From positions 260,524,001-260,588,000 of the forward strand of contig CM059425.1 of NCBI GenBank assembly GCA_030390025.1: a stretch of DNA of 64,000 bases, given 5' to 3'. The stretch comes from Squalus acanthias. Taxonomy: Eukaryota. Positions 22,500-33,617 of this stretch are shown piece after piece (position 1 is the first letter of the stretch; every line of letters starts with the position of its first letter). Under the pieces are notes generated by a model, which saw only the letters and a list, made by a program, of their open reading frames with translations, did no database searches and was not told the DNA's origin. A program made the position numbers and the translations under genes.

Positions 22500-24085
22500 G
22501 TGACAAAAGGGATGATGGTGCGAGGCAAAAGGAGATGGTAATGGGACAAGTTAAGAAACAAAAGATGACTCGAGATGAAGTGTAAATGGTAATGGCAGAA
22601 TCATCAACAGCTGCCATGTGAAAGAAAAAAAATGATAGGGGCAGAGGTTATGGTTTGAAATCGTTGAACTCGATGTTGAGTCCAGAAGGCTGTAAAGTGC
22701 CTATTCGAAAGATGAGGTGCTGTTCCTCGAGTTTACATTGAGCTTCATTGGAACAGTGTAAGAGGTGCCAGGCGAAGGGGAAGAGGTATTGGGGGTGATA
22801 GAGGAGTGGACCAGGGTGTCGCGGAGGGAGTGGTCCCTTCGGAATGCTGAAAGGGAGGGGAGGGGAAGATGTGTTTGGTGGTGGGGGTCACGCTGGAGGT
22901 GGCGGAAATGGCGGAGGATGATCCGCTAAATGTGGAGGCTGGTGGGGTGAAAGGTGAGGAAAGGGGAACCCTATCATGGTTCTGGGAGGGAGGGAAGGGG
23001 TGAGGGCAGAAGTGCGGGAAATAGAACAGACACGGTCAAGGGCCGAGCCGACCACGGTAGAGGGGAATCCGCGGTTGAGGAAAAAGGAAGACGTGTCGGA
23101 AGCACAAGTATGAAAGGTGGCATCGTCGGAGCAGATGCGGCAGAGACGGAGAAACTGGGAGAATGGAATAGAGTCCTTACAGGAAGCAGGGTGGGAGGAA
23201 GTGAAGTACAGGTAGCTGTGGGAATCAGTGGGCTTATAGTGAATGTTGGTTGATAGCCTATCCCCAGAAATGGAGACAGAGAAGTCGAGGAAGGGAAGGG
23301 GAGAGTCGGAGATGGACCATGTGAAGGTGAGGGAAGGGTAGAAATTGGAAGCAAAGTGAATGAAATTTTCTAGTTCAGGGCGAGAGCAGGAAACAGCACC
23401 GATACAGTCATTAATGTACCAGAAAAAGAGATGAGGGAGGGGACCTGAGTAGGACTGGAACAAAGAATGTTCCACATATCCCACGAAAAGGCAGGCACAA
23501 CTAGGACCCATGCGGGTTCCCATAGCAACACCTTTAATTTGGAGGAAGTGAGTGGAGTCAAAGGAGAAGTTGTTCAATGTGAGAACAAGTTCAGCCAGGC
23601 GGAGGAGGGTGGTGGTGGATGGGGACTGGTTGGGCCTCTGTTCAAGGAAGCAGCGGAGCGCCCTCAGGCCATCCTGGTGGGGGATGGAGGTGTAGAGGGA
23701 TTGGACGTCCATAGTGAAAAGCAGATGGTTGGGACCAGGAAACTGGAAACTGTTAAAGTGGCGGAGGGCGTCGGAAGAGTCGCGGATGTAGGAAGGTGGG
23801 AAGTGACTGTACAAGGGGAGAAAAAATAGAGTCGAGATAGGAAGAGATAAGTTCCGTGGGGCAAGAACAGGCTGAAATGATGGGTCTACCAGGGCAGTCC
23901 TGTTTGTGGATCTTGGGAAGGAGGTAGAAGTGGGCTGTGCCGGGTTGGGGAACTATGAGGTTGGCGGTCATGGAGGGAAGATCTCCAGAGGAGATGAGGT
24001 CAGTGACAATCTTGAAAACGATGGCTTGATTTTCGATAGTGGGGTCATGGTCCAGGGCGAGGTAGGAGGAGGTGTCGGAGAGTTT
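22500..24085 (-). mobile_element. Penelope-like element RT fragment
   Basis: YLLPKIHK..PGRPIIS, TMDVQSLYTSIP, KGVAMGTRMGPS, WYINDC (degenerate YIDD), FLDFSV and YKPTD are Penelope RT motifs; frameshifted. Confidence 0.88.
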
Positions 24086-25445
24086 AGAAAATGCTGGAAA
24101 TACTCAGCAGGTCAGGCAGCATCTGTGGAGAGAGAAACAGAGTTAACATTTCAGGTCGATGGCCCTTCATCAGAACTGGAAAAAGTTGGAGATGTAACAG
24201 TTTTTTAAGCAAGTGTAGCAGCTGTCAATCATTCTACCATTGCCATTTACACTTCATCTAGAGTCATTTTTCGTTTCTTAACTTGTCCCATTACCATCTC
24301 CTTTTGCCTTGCACCATCATCCCTTTTGTCTCTTAGGGGTAGAAATTAGGTCGCGCCCCATTTGGGGCGCAAATATCGTCCGGACGCAAATATTAGCGCC
24401 TGGCGCTAATTATCGGCACTGACGGGAAACTTCACTTTTACCGCCCCGGGAGGTGAGTGGAGCGCTAAAGCAGGCGCTGCACACCTCTCTTAAGGCGCAA
24501 AGGCCGAGCAGTGAGGCGCTAACTCGGAGCGCTGGCGAAGCTCATGTAATGTCAGTCAGCAATGAAACACACACACAATGGCACGGGCCAGTTCTTAAAG
24601 GGGATGGTTAATCTTGCTTTCCATCCACATCCTGTTCATTGCTGCCTTGAATCTCGGCCTGGAGAGACTTGCACATCAAATGTGCTGGAAAGAACAATGG
24701 AGAGCACTAGGCAAAGAGCTCAGAGTGTAGCTCCCACGGTCTCTGCTAAATCGATACAAGGAATGGCAAATCAAAATGAACCTGCAAAGTGCTGCTCAGT
24801 ACCCAAAACTCCTTCCCACAACGTTGAATCTCTCCAGAAGTCTCTCCCTCTCTCTCTCAGAATGCGTAGTTCAAAAATGCCACCAACAATAAAAGACAGG
24901 AAGAGGCCCCCTTTAAATAGCGCCCCCCCCAGCCCCACAGCGATTGATAGCGTTCCAGTCTTCTGGTCGTTGGAAGCGCCAGGCGGTAAGGCAGGGGGCG
25001 CCACTCAATTTCCGCTACGGGGCGCCCCAAGGGCGTTGCACCATGGAATGACGTCACAATCTGCGCGCGCAGGTGGTCGCAGCGGTAAGTTTTAGCGCCG
25101 CCGCACAATCTCAAGTTAAGTTCTCGAGCGGCGCAAACATCGCTGCGCCCGGGCGTTAGCGGCTTTGCGCCCCATTAGCGCCCTCTTAAGGCGCTAACGG
25201 GAGGCGCAAGCAGCTGAATTTTTCCCCCTTAATCTCTCCCACCTTCCATCCTATCACAGACCTTCCCTTTTGTTCTTTCCTCCCCTCCCCCCTCTCCCTG
25301 CCTCTACACTTGCTTAAAAACCTGTTACATCTCCAACTTTTTCCAGTTCTGACGAATGGTCATCAACCTGAAACGTTAACTCTGTTTCTCTCTCCACAGA
25401 TGCTGCCTGACCTGCTGAGTACTTCCAGCATTTTCTGTTTTTATT
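24086..25445. mobile_element. Penelope terminal sequences in inverted arrangement, split by a Harbinger derivative
   Basis: 24086-24217 is the reverse complement of ~25304-25437; each arm has a hammerhead core (24140-24179 minus; 25343-25384 plus). Confidence 0.75.
24336..25228 (+). mobile_element. Non-autonomous Harbinger deletion derivative (893 bp), TSD TTA
   Basis: tta|GGGGTAGAAATTAGGTCGCGCCCC...AATTTTTCCCCC|tta; both ends are nearly identical to 37880-42082. It retains a Myb-like start (MESTRQRAQ) but lacks the coding core. Confidence 0.92.
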
Positions 25446-25446
25446 T

Positions 25447-26825
25447 TGGATAACTTCACATTTCTCCACATTATATTCCATTTGCCATGTTTTTGCCCAC
25501 TCACTTAGCCTGTCTATATCCCCTTGCATCCTCCTCACAACTTACATTCCCACCCAGCTTTGTATCATCAGCAAACTTGGATATATTACCTTTGGTCCCC
25601 TCATCCAAATCATTGATATAGATTGTGAATAGCTGAGGCCCAAGCACTGATCCTTGCGGTACCCTACTAGTTACAGCCTGCCAACCCGAATATGACCCAT
25701 TTATTCCTACTCTCTGTTTTCTGTCCATTATCCAATCCTCAATCCATGCTAGTATATTACACCCAATCCCATGAGCCTTAATTTTGTTTAATAACTTCTT
25801 GTGTGGCACCTTATCGAATGCCTTCTGAAAATTCAAATACACCACATCTGCTAGTTACAACCTCAAAAAACTCTAATAGATTTGTCAAACATGTTTTCCC
25901 TTTCATAAATCCATGTTGACTCTGCCCAATCCTATTATTATTTTCTAAGTGCCCTGTTACCATATCCTTAATAATAGGTTCTCGCATTTTCCCTACTACT
26001 GATGTCAGGCTAACTGGTCTGTAGTTCCCTGTTTTCTCTCTCCCTCCTTTTTTAAATAGTGGGGTTACATTTGCTACCTTCCAATCCGTGGGAACTGTTC
26101 CAGTATCTATGGAATTTTGGAAAATGACATCCAATGCATCCACTATCTCTCTAGCCACCTCTTTCAAAACTCTAGGATGTAGGCCATCGGGTCATCAGGA
26201 TTTATCAGCTTTCAGTCCCATTAATTTCTCCAGTACTACATTTTTACTGATACTAATTTCTTTCAGTTCCTCATTCTCACTGGGCTTTGGTTCTCCACTA
26301 TTTCCGGGAATTTTTTTGCGTCTTCTTCCATGAAGACAGACACAAAGTATTTGTTTAATTTCTCTGCCATTTCCTTATTGGCCATTATAATTTCTTTTGT
26401 CTCAGCCTGTAAAGGACCCACATTTACTTTTGCTAAACTTTTCCTTTTTACATAACTATAGAAGCTTTTACAGTCTGCTTTTATGTCTCTCGCTAGTTTA
26501 CTCTCATATTCTATTTTCCCTTTCTTTATCAATTTCTTGGTTCTCCTTTGCTGAATTCTAAAATCCTCCCAATCCTCAGGCTTACTACTCTTTTTGGCAG
26601 CATTATAAGCCTCTTCCTTTAATCTAATACTATTCTCTTGTTAGCCATGGTTAGACCACTTATCCTGTAGCGTTTTTGTGCCTTAAAGGAATGTATATTT
26701 GTTGTAAATTATGTATTAATTCTTTAAATGCTAGCCATTGCTCGTCCACTGTCATACCTTTTAATGTAGTTTCCCAATCTACCTTCGCCAACTCACCCCT
26801 CATACCTACGTAGTTTGCGTTGTTG
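25447..26825 (-). mobile_element. CR1 LINE RT fragment
   Basis: [32 protein letters not shown] and FADDTKL motifs with frameshifts. Confidence 0.85.
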
Positions 26826-26929
26826 AAATAAGATATAAATCTTTACATGATGTCAGAAATGAGATACATATCCACTAAATCTGAGATCAGTAAGAGCAAA
26901 CCTGAGCAACAAACTAAAGCTGAGATTAG

Positions 26930-27680
26930 GCAGACTGAACTGGAACAGAGACACCTAGCCAGAAGTCAAATCAGGAGTGTGTTGGTAATAGTCACCACTT
27001 GTCTGGGCAGGTGCCGCCGCAACAACACTCAAGAACCTCGGTATCATCCAGGACAGAGAAGTCCACTTGATTGGAGCCTCTGTCACGAGACTCAATATCC
27101 ATCGTCTCCACCACCAGCTCACAGTGACAGATACCGTCGATAGGATGCACTGACACAACTCACTAAGGTTATTCTGATTTCACCTCCTCGGCCCGCGTGA
27201 CCTCAACGACCGAGAAGGACAGAGCAGGAGTGTCATGGGAAACCCCTCACCTCCAAGATTAATTTCAAGTCACGCACCATCTTGACTTGGACATATGTCA
27301 TTGTTTCTTCACTGAGGCTGGGTCAAAACCCTGAAATTCCCGACCTAACACCATCTCAGGGACTGCATTTTTTTTTTTACGGGATGTGGGTTTTGTTGTC
27401 GTTGGCAAGGCCAGCATTTATTGCCCATCCCTAATTGCCCTTGAGAGGGTGGTGGTGAGCAGCCGCCGTGAACCACTGCAGTGATACTTCTTTGTAGTGG
27501 TTTGGTACAACTCAGAGGGCAGTTAAGAGTTAACCACATTGCTGTGGGTCTGGAGTCACATATCGGCCAGACCGGGTGAGGACAGCAGATTTCCTTCCCT
27601 AAAAGACATTAGTGAGCCAGATGGGTTATTATGACAATCCAGTAGTCACCATTACTGATACTAGCTTTTTATTCCAGATT
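26930..27680. mobile_element. Old CR1/L2-group LINE fragments
   Basis: Diverged match to 5690-6140 on plus, then a minus-strand tail matching 6180-6270. Confidence 0.55.
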
Positions 27681-28484
27681 ACAAACAATACAATCATTTT
27701 GCTTGGAATTTTATGTAAAAAAATATTGATATCAAAAGCAAGTAAAAGCCTATTGTAACAGAAAAATAATTCAATCTATTCCTGAGCACTTGGACAAACA
27801 TGAGCTGATTAGAGAGAGCCAGTGGATTTGTAATGGTCGTTACAGGTCATTCATTTCATTGCATTTCTTGAAGGGGAAACATTAGCAGGACTATGGGGGG
27901 GAAAGGGCCGGGGAGTGGGACTAATTGGAGAGCTCTTTCACAAAGAGCCGGCACAGGCACGATGGGCCGAATGGCTTCCTTCTGTGCTGTATCATTCGAT
28001 GATTCTAGGATTCCTCTTTTGTTGGCCACATGGGTTTCCTCTTCTTCCAGTGGTGTTTCTTCCCCACTTTGTAATTCTTGCGTTGTGCATTTCAAAGTGT
28101 ATCCCTTCTCCAAGCTTTGTCCCACTATCAATCTAATCCAGTCCAACTACATTAATTGCTTCATCTCATCTCATGCCTTCAGCAATCACATCCATCTTTC
28201 AATCATTTTTAAATCCTCCACTGCTGCAAACAGGGATTTTGTGCACTTCAACCTTCCCCCCCACCCCGCCCCCGACAGTAAAATTGATGGAATGTTTGAT
28301 ATATCTGGGGCTTAGGTTATGACACGCTCCCATTGCACTTCCATGTCTAACTCCTTATCTTCACACGTCATAAGGTCTAGATTTAGACTTGTTTTTACAT
28401 TGCCAGATTTTTTGACCCTGTTGGCCAGCTCTTGCTCATTTCCTAGGTTAACCTGCAGATGCAAAACACCGCCAAGGTTCAAAC

Positions 28485-28790
28485 ACGAGGTCACAGTCAC
28501 AGAATAAAGGGGTCGGCCATTTAGGACTGAGATGAGGAGAAATTTCTTCACTCAAAAGGTTGTGAATCTTTGGAATTCTCTGCCCCAGAGGGCTGTGGAG
28601 GCTCAGTCGTTGAGTATATTCAAGACAGAGATCGATAGATTTTTGGGAATGAAGGGAATTAAGAGATATGGGGATAGTGTGGGAAGGTGGAGATGAGGTA
28701 GAAGTTCAGCCATGATCTTACTGAATGGTGGAGCAGGCTCGAGGGGCCAAATGGCCTACTCCTGCTCCTATTTCTCATGTTCTTGTGCAA
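28485..28790 (+). mobile_element. CR1 3' end
   Basis: Matches 19160-19445 and the reverse of 3460-3740. Confidence 0.75.
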
Positions 28791-29285
28791 TAAAAGATAC
28801 CAGGAATGAGGCAAAGCTACAAGGCGACATCAAGTGACACTTTCACTGTGTCGCAATACATTTCAAAATAATCTAAGGAAAATGAATTTAGAAAACAAAA
28901 AACTGAAGAAAACTTTTGGCAGTTTTAAAACTCCGGAAACATCATCTGCTGCAACCTGACGTTTCCACGGCGACCAAAGTAGATTTTCCATAGAGGCAGT
29001 TTCAGGAATTGTCCCTAAAAAAAAAGAAAACTTTCTTATGGCGACAGAATCGGAATTTCAGATCTGATTATATATTTCAAAAGAAAGGATAAAGCCAGTG
29101 GATAATTAGTTCCAGAAAGAAAGAAAAGAATTTGCATTTATACATCATCTTTCACACCCTCAGGATGTCCCAAAGCGCTTCACAACCAATGGATAAGGTT
29201 TGAAGTGTAGTCACTGTTGTTTTGCAGCGAAACGCGGCAGCCAATTTGAGGTCAGCAAGATCCCACAAACAGCAACGAGTCCAAT

Positions 29286-29417
29286 NNNNNNNNNNNNNNN
29301 NNNNNNNNNNNNNNNNNNNNNNNNNNNNNNNNNNNNNNNNNNNNNNNNNNNNNNNNNNNNNNNNNNNNNNNNNNNNNNNNNNNNNNNNNNNNNNNNNNNN
29401 NNNNNNNNNNNNNNNNN
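29286..29417. other. Assembly gap (132 N)
   Basis: Run of N. Confidence 0.99.
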
Positions 29418-29764
29418 GTCTAGACAGTGAGCCGGTACCTTGATTAATTCTCCCCCGCCCCCCGCCCCCTGCACCCCTCCCTGACCTGCGTGGCCCACCC
29501 TTATCCCATGGATGCTGAGGCCAATGGAACCCCCACTACTGTTGCCAAATGTTAAAATTCCACAATCGTACGGACCGCATTACTGCCCTACACACACATA
29601 CTGTGGAGATTGTTGTGTGATGTTAGTCATAAACAGATGAATGTACTCGTATCAAATACTTTTGTTCCCTATTTTAGCGGCGGTTTCATTACAGTAGCAG
29701 CCAGAGGAAGTGTTTATGTTGACATATTTGTTATTAATATTACACAGCGCACTTCAACCCTTGA

Positions 29765-30525
29765 ATATAGGGGGTATGATTAAGAAGTTTGCAGATGATA
29801 CTAAAATCGGCTGTGTGGTTGATACTGAAGAAGGAAGCTGTAGACTGCAGGAAGATATCAATAAATTGGTCAGGTGGGCAGAACAGTGGCAAATGGAATT
29901 CAATCCGGAGATGCGTGAGGTAATGCATTTGGGGAGGGCTAACAAGGAAAGGGAATACACATTAAATGGTCGGACACTGAGTAGTGTTAAGGAACAAAGG
30001 GACCTTGGAGTGCATGTCCACAGATCCCTGAAGGTAGCAGGCCAGGTAGATAATATGGTTAAGAAGGCATACAGAATGCTTGCCTTTATTAGCAGTGGCA
30101 TAGAATACAAGAGCAGGGGGGTTATGCTTCAACTGTATAAAACACTAGTTAGGCCTCAGCTAGAGTACTGCGTGCAGTTCTGGTCACCACATTACAGGAA
30201 GGATGTGATTGCACTAGAGAGGGTACAGAGGAGATTTACAAGGATGTTGCCGGGAGTAGAGAATCTTAGCTATGAGGAAAGACTGGATAGGCTGGGTCTG
30301 TTTTCCTTGGAACAGAGGAGGCTGAGGGGAGGCCTTATTGAGGTGTATAATGTTATGAGGGGCTGAGATAAAGTGGATAGAAAGGACCTATTTCCCTTAG
30401 CGGAGGGGTCAAAAACCAGGGGGCACAGATTTCAAGTAATTGGGGGAAGGTTTAGAGGGGATTTGAGGGGAAATTTCTTCACCCAGAGGCCCGAGGGGCT
30501 GAATGGCCTCCTCCTGCTCCGATGA
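29765..30525 (+). mobile_element. CR1 LINE 3' fragment
   Basis: KFADDTKI...LVRPQLEYCVQFWSP...RRLRG motifs. Confidence 0.85.
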
Positions 30526-30827
30526 TCCTAATGCGAGTCTATAACTATTTCACACACCGGCGCTGGTTTGGTTTTTGAATCTGAGATTCAGGTGTCCCTG
30601 AACCAGGTCCCTGCATTTATGTAACAGTCCCCACCACTTACACCATGCATGCTTATAATAAGTATTAAACCCGGCTAGGCCAGGCAGCATCTGTGGAGAG
30701 AGAAACCGAGTTAACATTTCAGGTCGGTGACCCTTCGTCAGAACTGGAAAAAGTTAGAGATGTAACAGGTTTTAAGCAAGTGCAGGGGCAGGGAAAGGTG
30801 GGAGGGGAGGAAAGAACCAAAGGGAAG

Positions 30828-33231
30828 GTGGGGGGGGAAATCCGTGCACGCCAACAGAATTGCTGGTGTCACCGGCAACTCGAGTTAACGGCCGGCGAAA
30901 ATGGCCGCAGCGCTACTGTTGAAAAGTTGGCTCTGGGGGTTGGCGATGTGGAGCGCAGCGCTAACTTACCATGCAGCGCCCTCCTGTGGTGTTAATGGAG
31001 GCCTCCGACCCGAAGTTCCCGTCCACAGTCGGTGTTGCAGCTTCTCACAGCCTGTGGGAGCGAGGCTGTGGAGTCCGTAAGGCATTGTGGGCAATTAAAG
31101 GGGCTCTGAATTAAAGGGGCTCTGAATTAAAGGGCTCTGAATTAAAGGGGCTCTGAATTAAAGGGGCAATGCATTCAGAACTAATAAAAGTTAAAATCGA
31201 GAGAAAAAATGCATTTTTCAGCCCTTACTGCCTTTCAAAAAAAAACAAAGTAATTCCCAAATGGCCATCTTCAGCTCTTAAAGCTGAAGTCTTCCACACC
31301 TAAAACAATGGGGAAAGTGCCTCAGTACCGACACAAGTGGCTCAGCAAACCAGGGAAGGGGCACCCAGGGTCCTGCATGCTGCACTCCAGCTTTGTGCAG
31401 GGGGTCAACACTGAAAGAGAGATCCTCTACCCACAGGGGCCAGGAGACACCAAGAAATCCAATGGGGAATTCAGAAGAAACTTCTTTACCCAGAGAGTGG
31501 TGAGAATGTGGAACTCGCTCCCACAGGGAGTGGTTGAAGCGAATAGCATCGATGCATTTAAGGGGAGGCTAGATAAGCAGATGAGGGAGAAGGGAATAGA
31601 GGGTTACGTTGATAGATTTAGATGAGGAAAGACGGGAGGAGGCTCGTGTGGAGCAGAAATGCCGGCATGGACTGGTTGGGCCGAATGCCCGGTTTCTGTA
31701 CCGTATATCCTTTGTAATCCTATGTAAACCCTCCAGAAAGAAGGATGTGGGACCACATCACCGAGGCCATCACTGCCCGCAGTGTCGCCCCCCACTACCT
31801 GGCTCCAGGGCCCAAAGAAGCTTCATGACCTCAGACCACAGGTCAAGGTCAGTGAATGCATCTTCAAAAGCCGTCTCCTACCAACTGAATCACTAACCTC
31901 ACGCACTGCTCAATGCATGACTCCCCACCCCATCACTCACCTACCAACAAGCTGTATTAATTACGGGGCACATCTCCCATTCCCAGCCTCACCTCACCCC
32001 TTTGGCAGGGGCATGGCTGAGCTCTTGGCCAGCGGTGGGGCTGAAAGGATACAAGATGCTGGTATCCTCATACGTTATCCTCCTTCTGGCATGCTCCTCT
32101 TGCTTTCCCACACTCCCCTCACCACAACTCCACCCTTGTGCCTTCCTCATTTCACTCACCCAAGAAATGCAGCCTGCCCAGCAAGTGGGTGACCAAGAAG
32201 AGGGAGAGGAGAGTGAAGAAGAACAAGAAGGAGAAGATTGATTTGACACTCCCAGCCACCAGCTCCTCAAGGTCAACCAGCAAGGACATTTGCAGTGTCC
32301 CCCACTGAAAGTCAGCAGCCTTCCACCAGCCATGCTGCAGCCACTGGGGTAGCACTGCGTGACATCAGTAGGATAGGCAAAGGCCCACACAAGACAGTCA
32401 CTATGAGAATGCACAAGGGTGATGAGTTGATTTCTTGATGTCATATTGGATGGATGGACGTATAAAGTTCAATTGGAAAGTTTGCTTTGTGGTTGATATC
32501 CCGGCCACAAAGGGGCTGTCTGGGATCCATCCTTCGATCTGCCTCCTCCTCTTTGGCCTCCTCCTCTTCTGTGTCTTTCTCTTCCCTCTGTGAGCGGATG
32601 CTGTAAATCTGAAATGCCAGCATAAAATGCTGGAAATGCTCGGCAGCTCAGGCAGCATCTCGACCTGAGACGCAAACTCTGTTTCTCTCCCCACGGATAC
32701 TGCCTGGCCTGCTGAGTATTTGCAGCATTTTCTTTTTTCTCAGAGGCCTTTCTTTACCATCCGCGGCATTGAAAGAGTCCAGCAGAATTCCCTGTACACT
32801 TAAAAATAGCTTTTAACATCTACTGCAGCAAGCCACTACTTCAATAAAATCAAAAAAAAATCCCAGTCCAAAAGCTTAAATGCAAACTTACCTGAAAGAT
32901 GCGTGTGTCCCTTTTAGAGGTGCTGACAGCGCCTCTGTCAGTCTCTTTACGGGCTGGGTTTCCCTGGCGTGGTTATGACCCAGCACTGAACTCAGCACTA
33001 GGGTCGAAGTTGGCCGTGGTGATGTTACGTTGGCGTTGCATGCCGACTGATATCACCAGTCCCCGCCTTTTTTTTTTGCATGGCGCTAATACTTACCAGC
33101 AGCGCTACGGAGAGGACCAAAATGGAGGTCGCCGCGGTACCCGCCACCAGCTGGAGAAAGAGTGGCGGCTGCTGCTCTCTCGCCATTTTTTGCCGGTAAC
33201 GGGTGGCGTTAAGCCCCCGAATTTTTAGCCC
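30828..33231 (+). mobile_element. Old Harbinger element inserted in a Penelope end, probable TSD AAG, with a nested CR1 tail (~31455-31727)
   Basis: aaagggaag|...aatttttagccc|aaggtctg; removal restores Penelope aaagggaaggtctg as at 20952. Myb remnant ARSVAPTTWLQGPKKLHDLRPQVK|gt parallels SRSMVPRTHVQCRKKFNDLTRVVR|gt. Confidence 0.6.
31093..31167. repeat. 16-bp minisatellite (AATTAAAGGGGCTCTG), about 4.7 copies
   Basis: Read directly. Confidence 0.9.
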
Positions 33232-33534
33232 AAGGTCTGGGATAGGGTGGAAGGCAGGAGAGATTAAATGACAAAAGGGATGATGGCACGAGGCAAAAGG
33301 AGATGGTAATGGGACAAGTAAGGAAACAAAAGATGGGTCTAGAGGAGGGAAAGTGCGAGGTTATCCACTTTGGCAGGAAAAATAAAAAAGCAAATTATTA
33401 TTTAAATGGGGAGAGGCTACAAAATGCTGAGGTACAGAGGGATCTGGGGGTCCTTGTACATGAATCACAAAAAGTTAACATGCAGATACAGCTAGTAATT
33501 AGGAAGGCAAATGGAATGTTGGCCTTTATTGCAA

Positions 33535-33617
33535 AATGTGAGAAGTCGCACAACTCCAGTTTATAGTCCACCAGCTTTATTAGAAATCACAAGCTTTCGG
33601 AGCGCTGCTCCTTCGTC
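33535..33617 (-). mobile_element. Terminal fragment of a second Penelope-like family with truncated hammerhead
   Basis: Minus strand GACGA-A-GGAGC-AGC-GCTCC-GAAA-GC-TT; the core CU is missing at the satellite junction. Family assignment rests on recollection of a common shark repeat. Confidence 0.55.

Noticed and set aside
29200-29498. ORFs spanning the N run
   Set aside because: Artefacts of the assembly gap.
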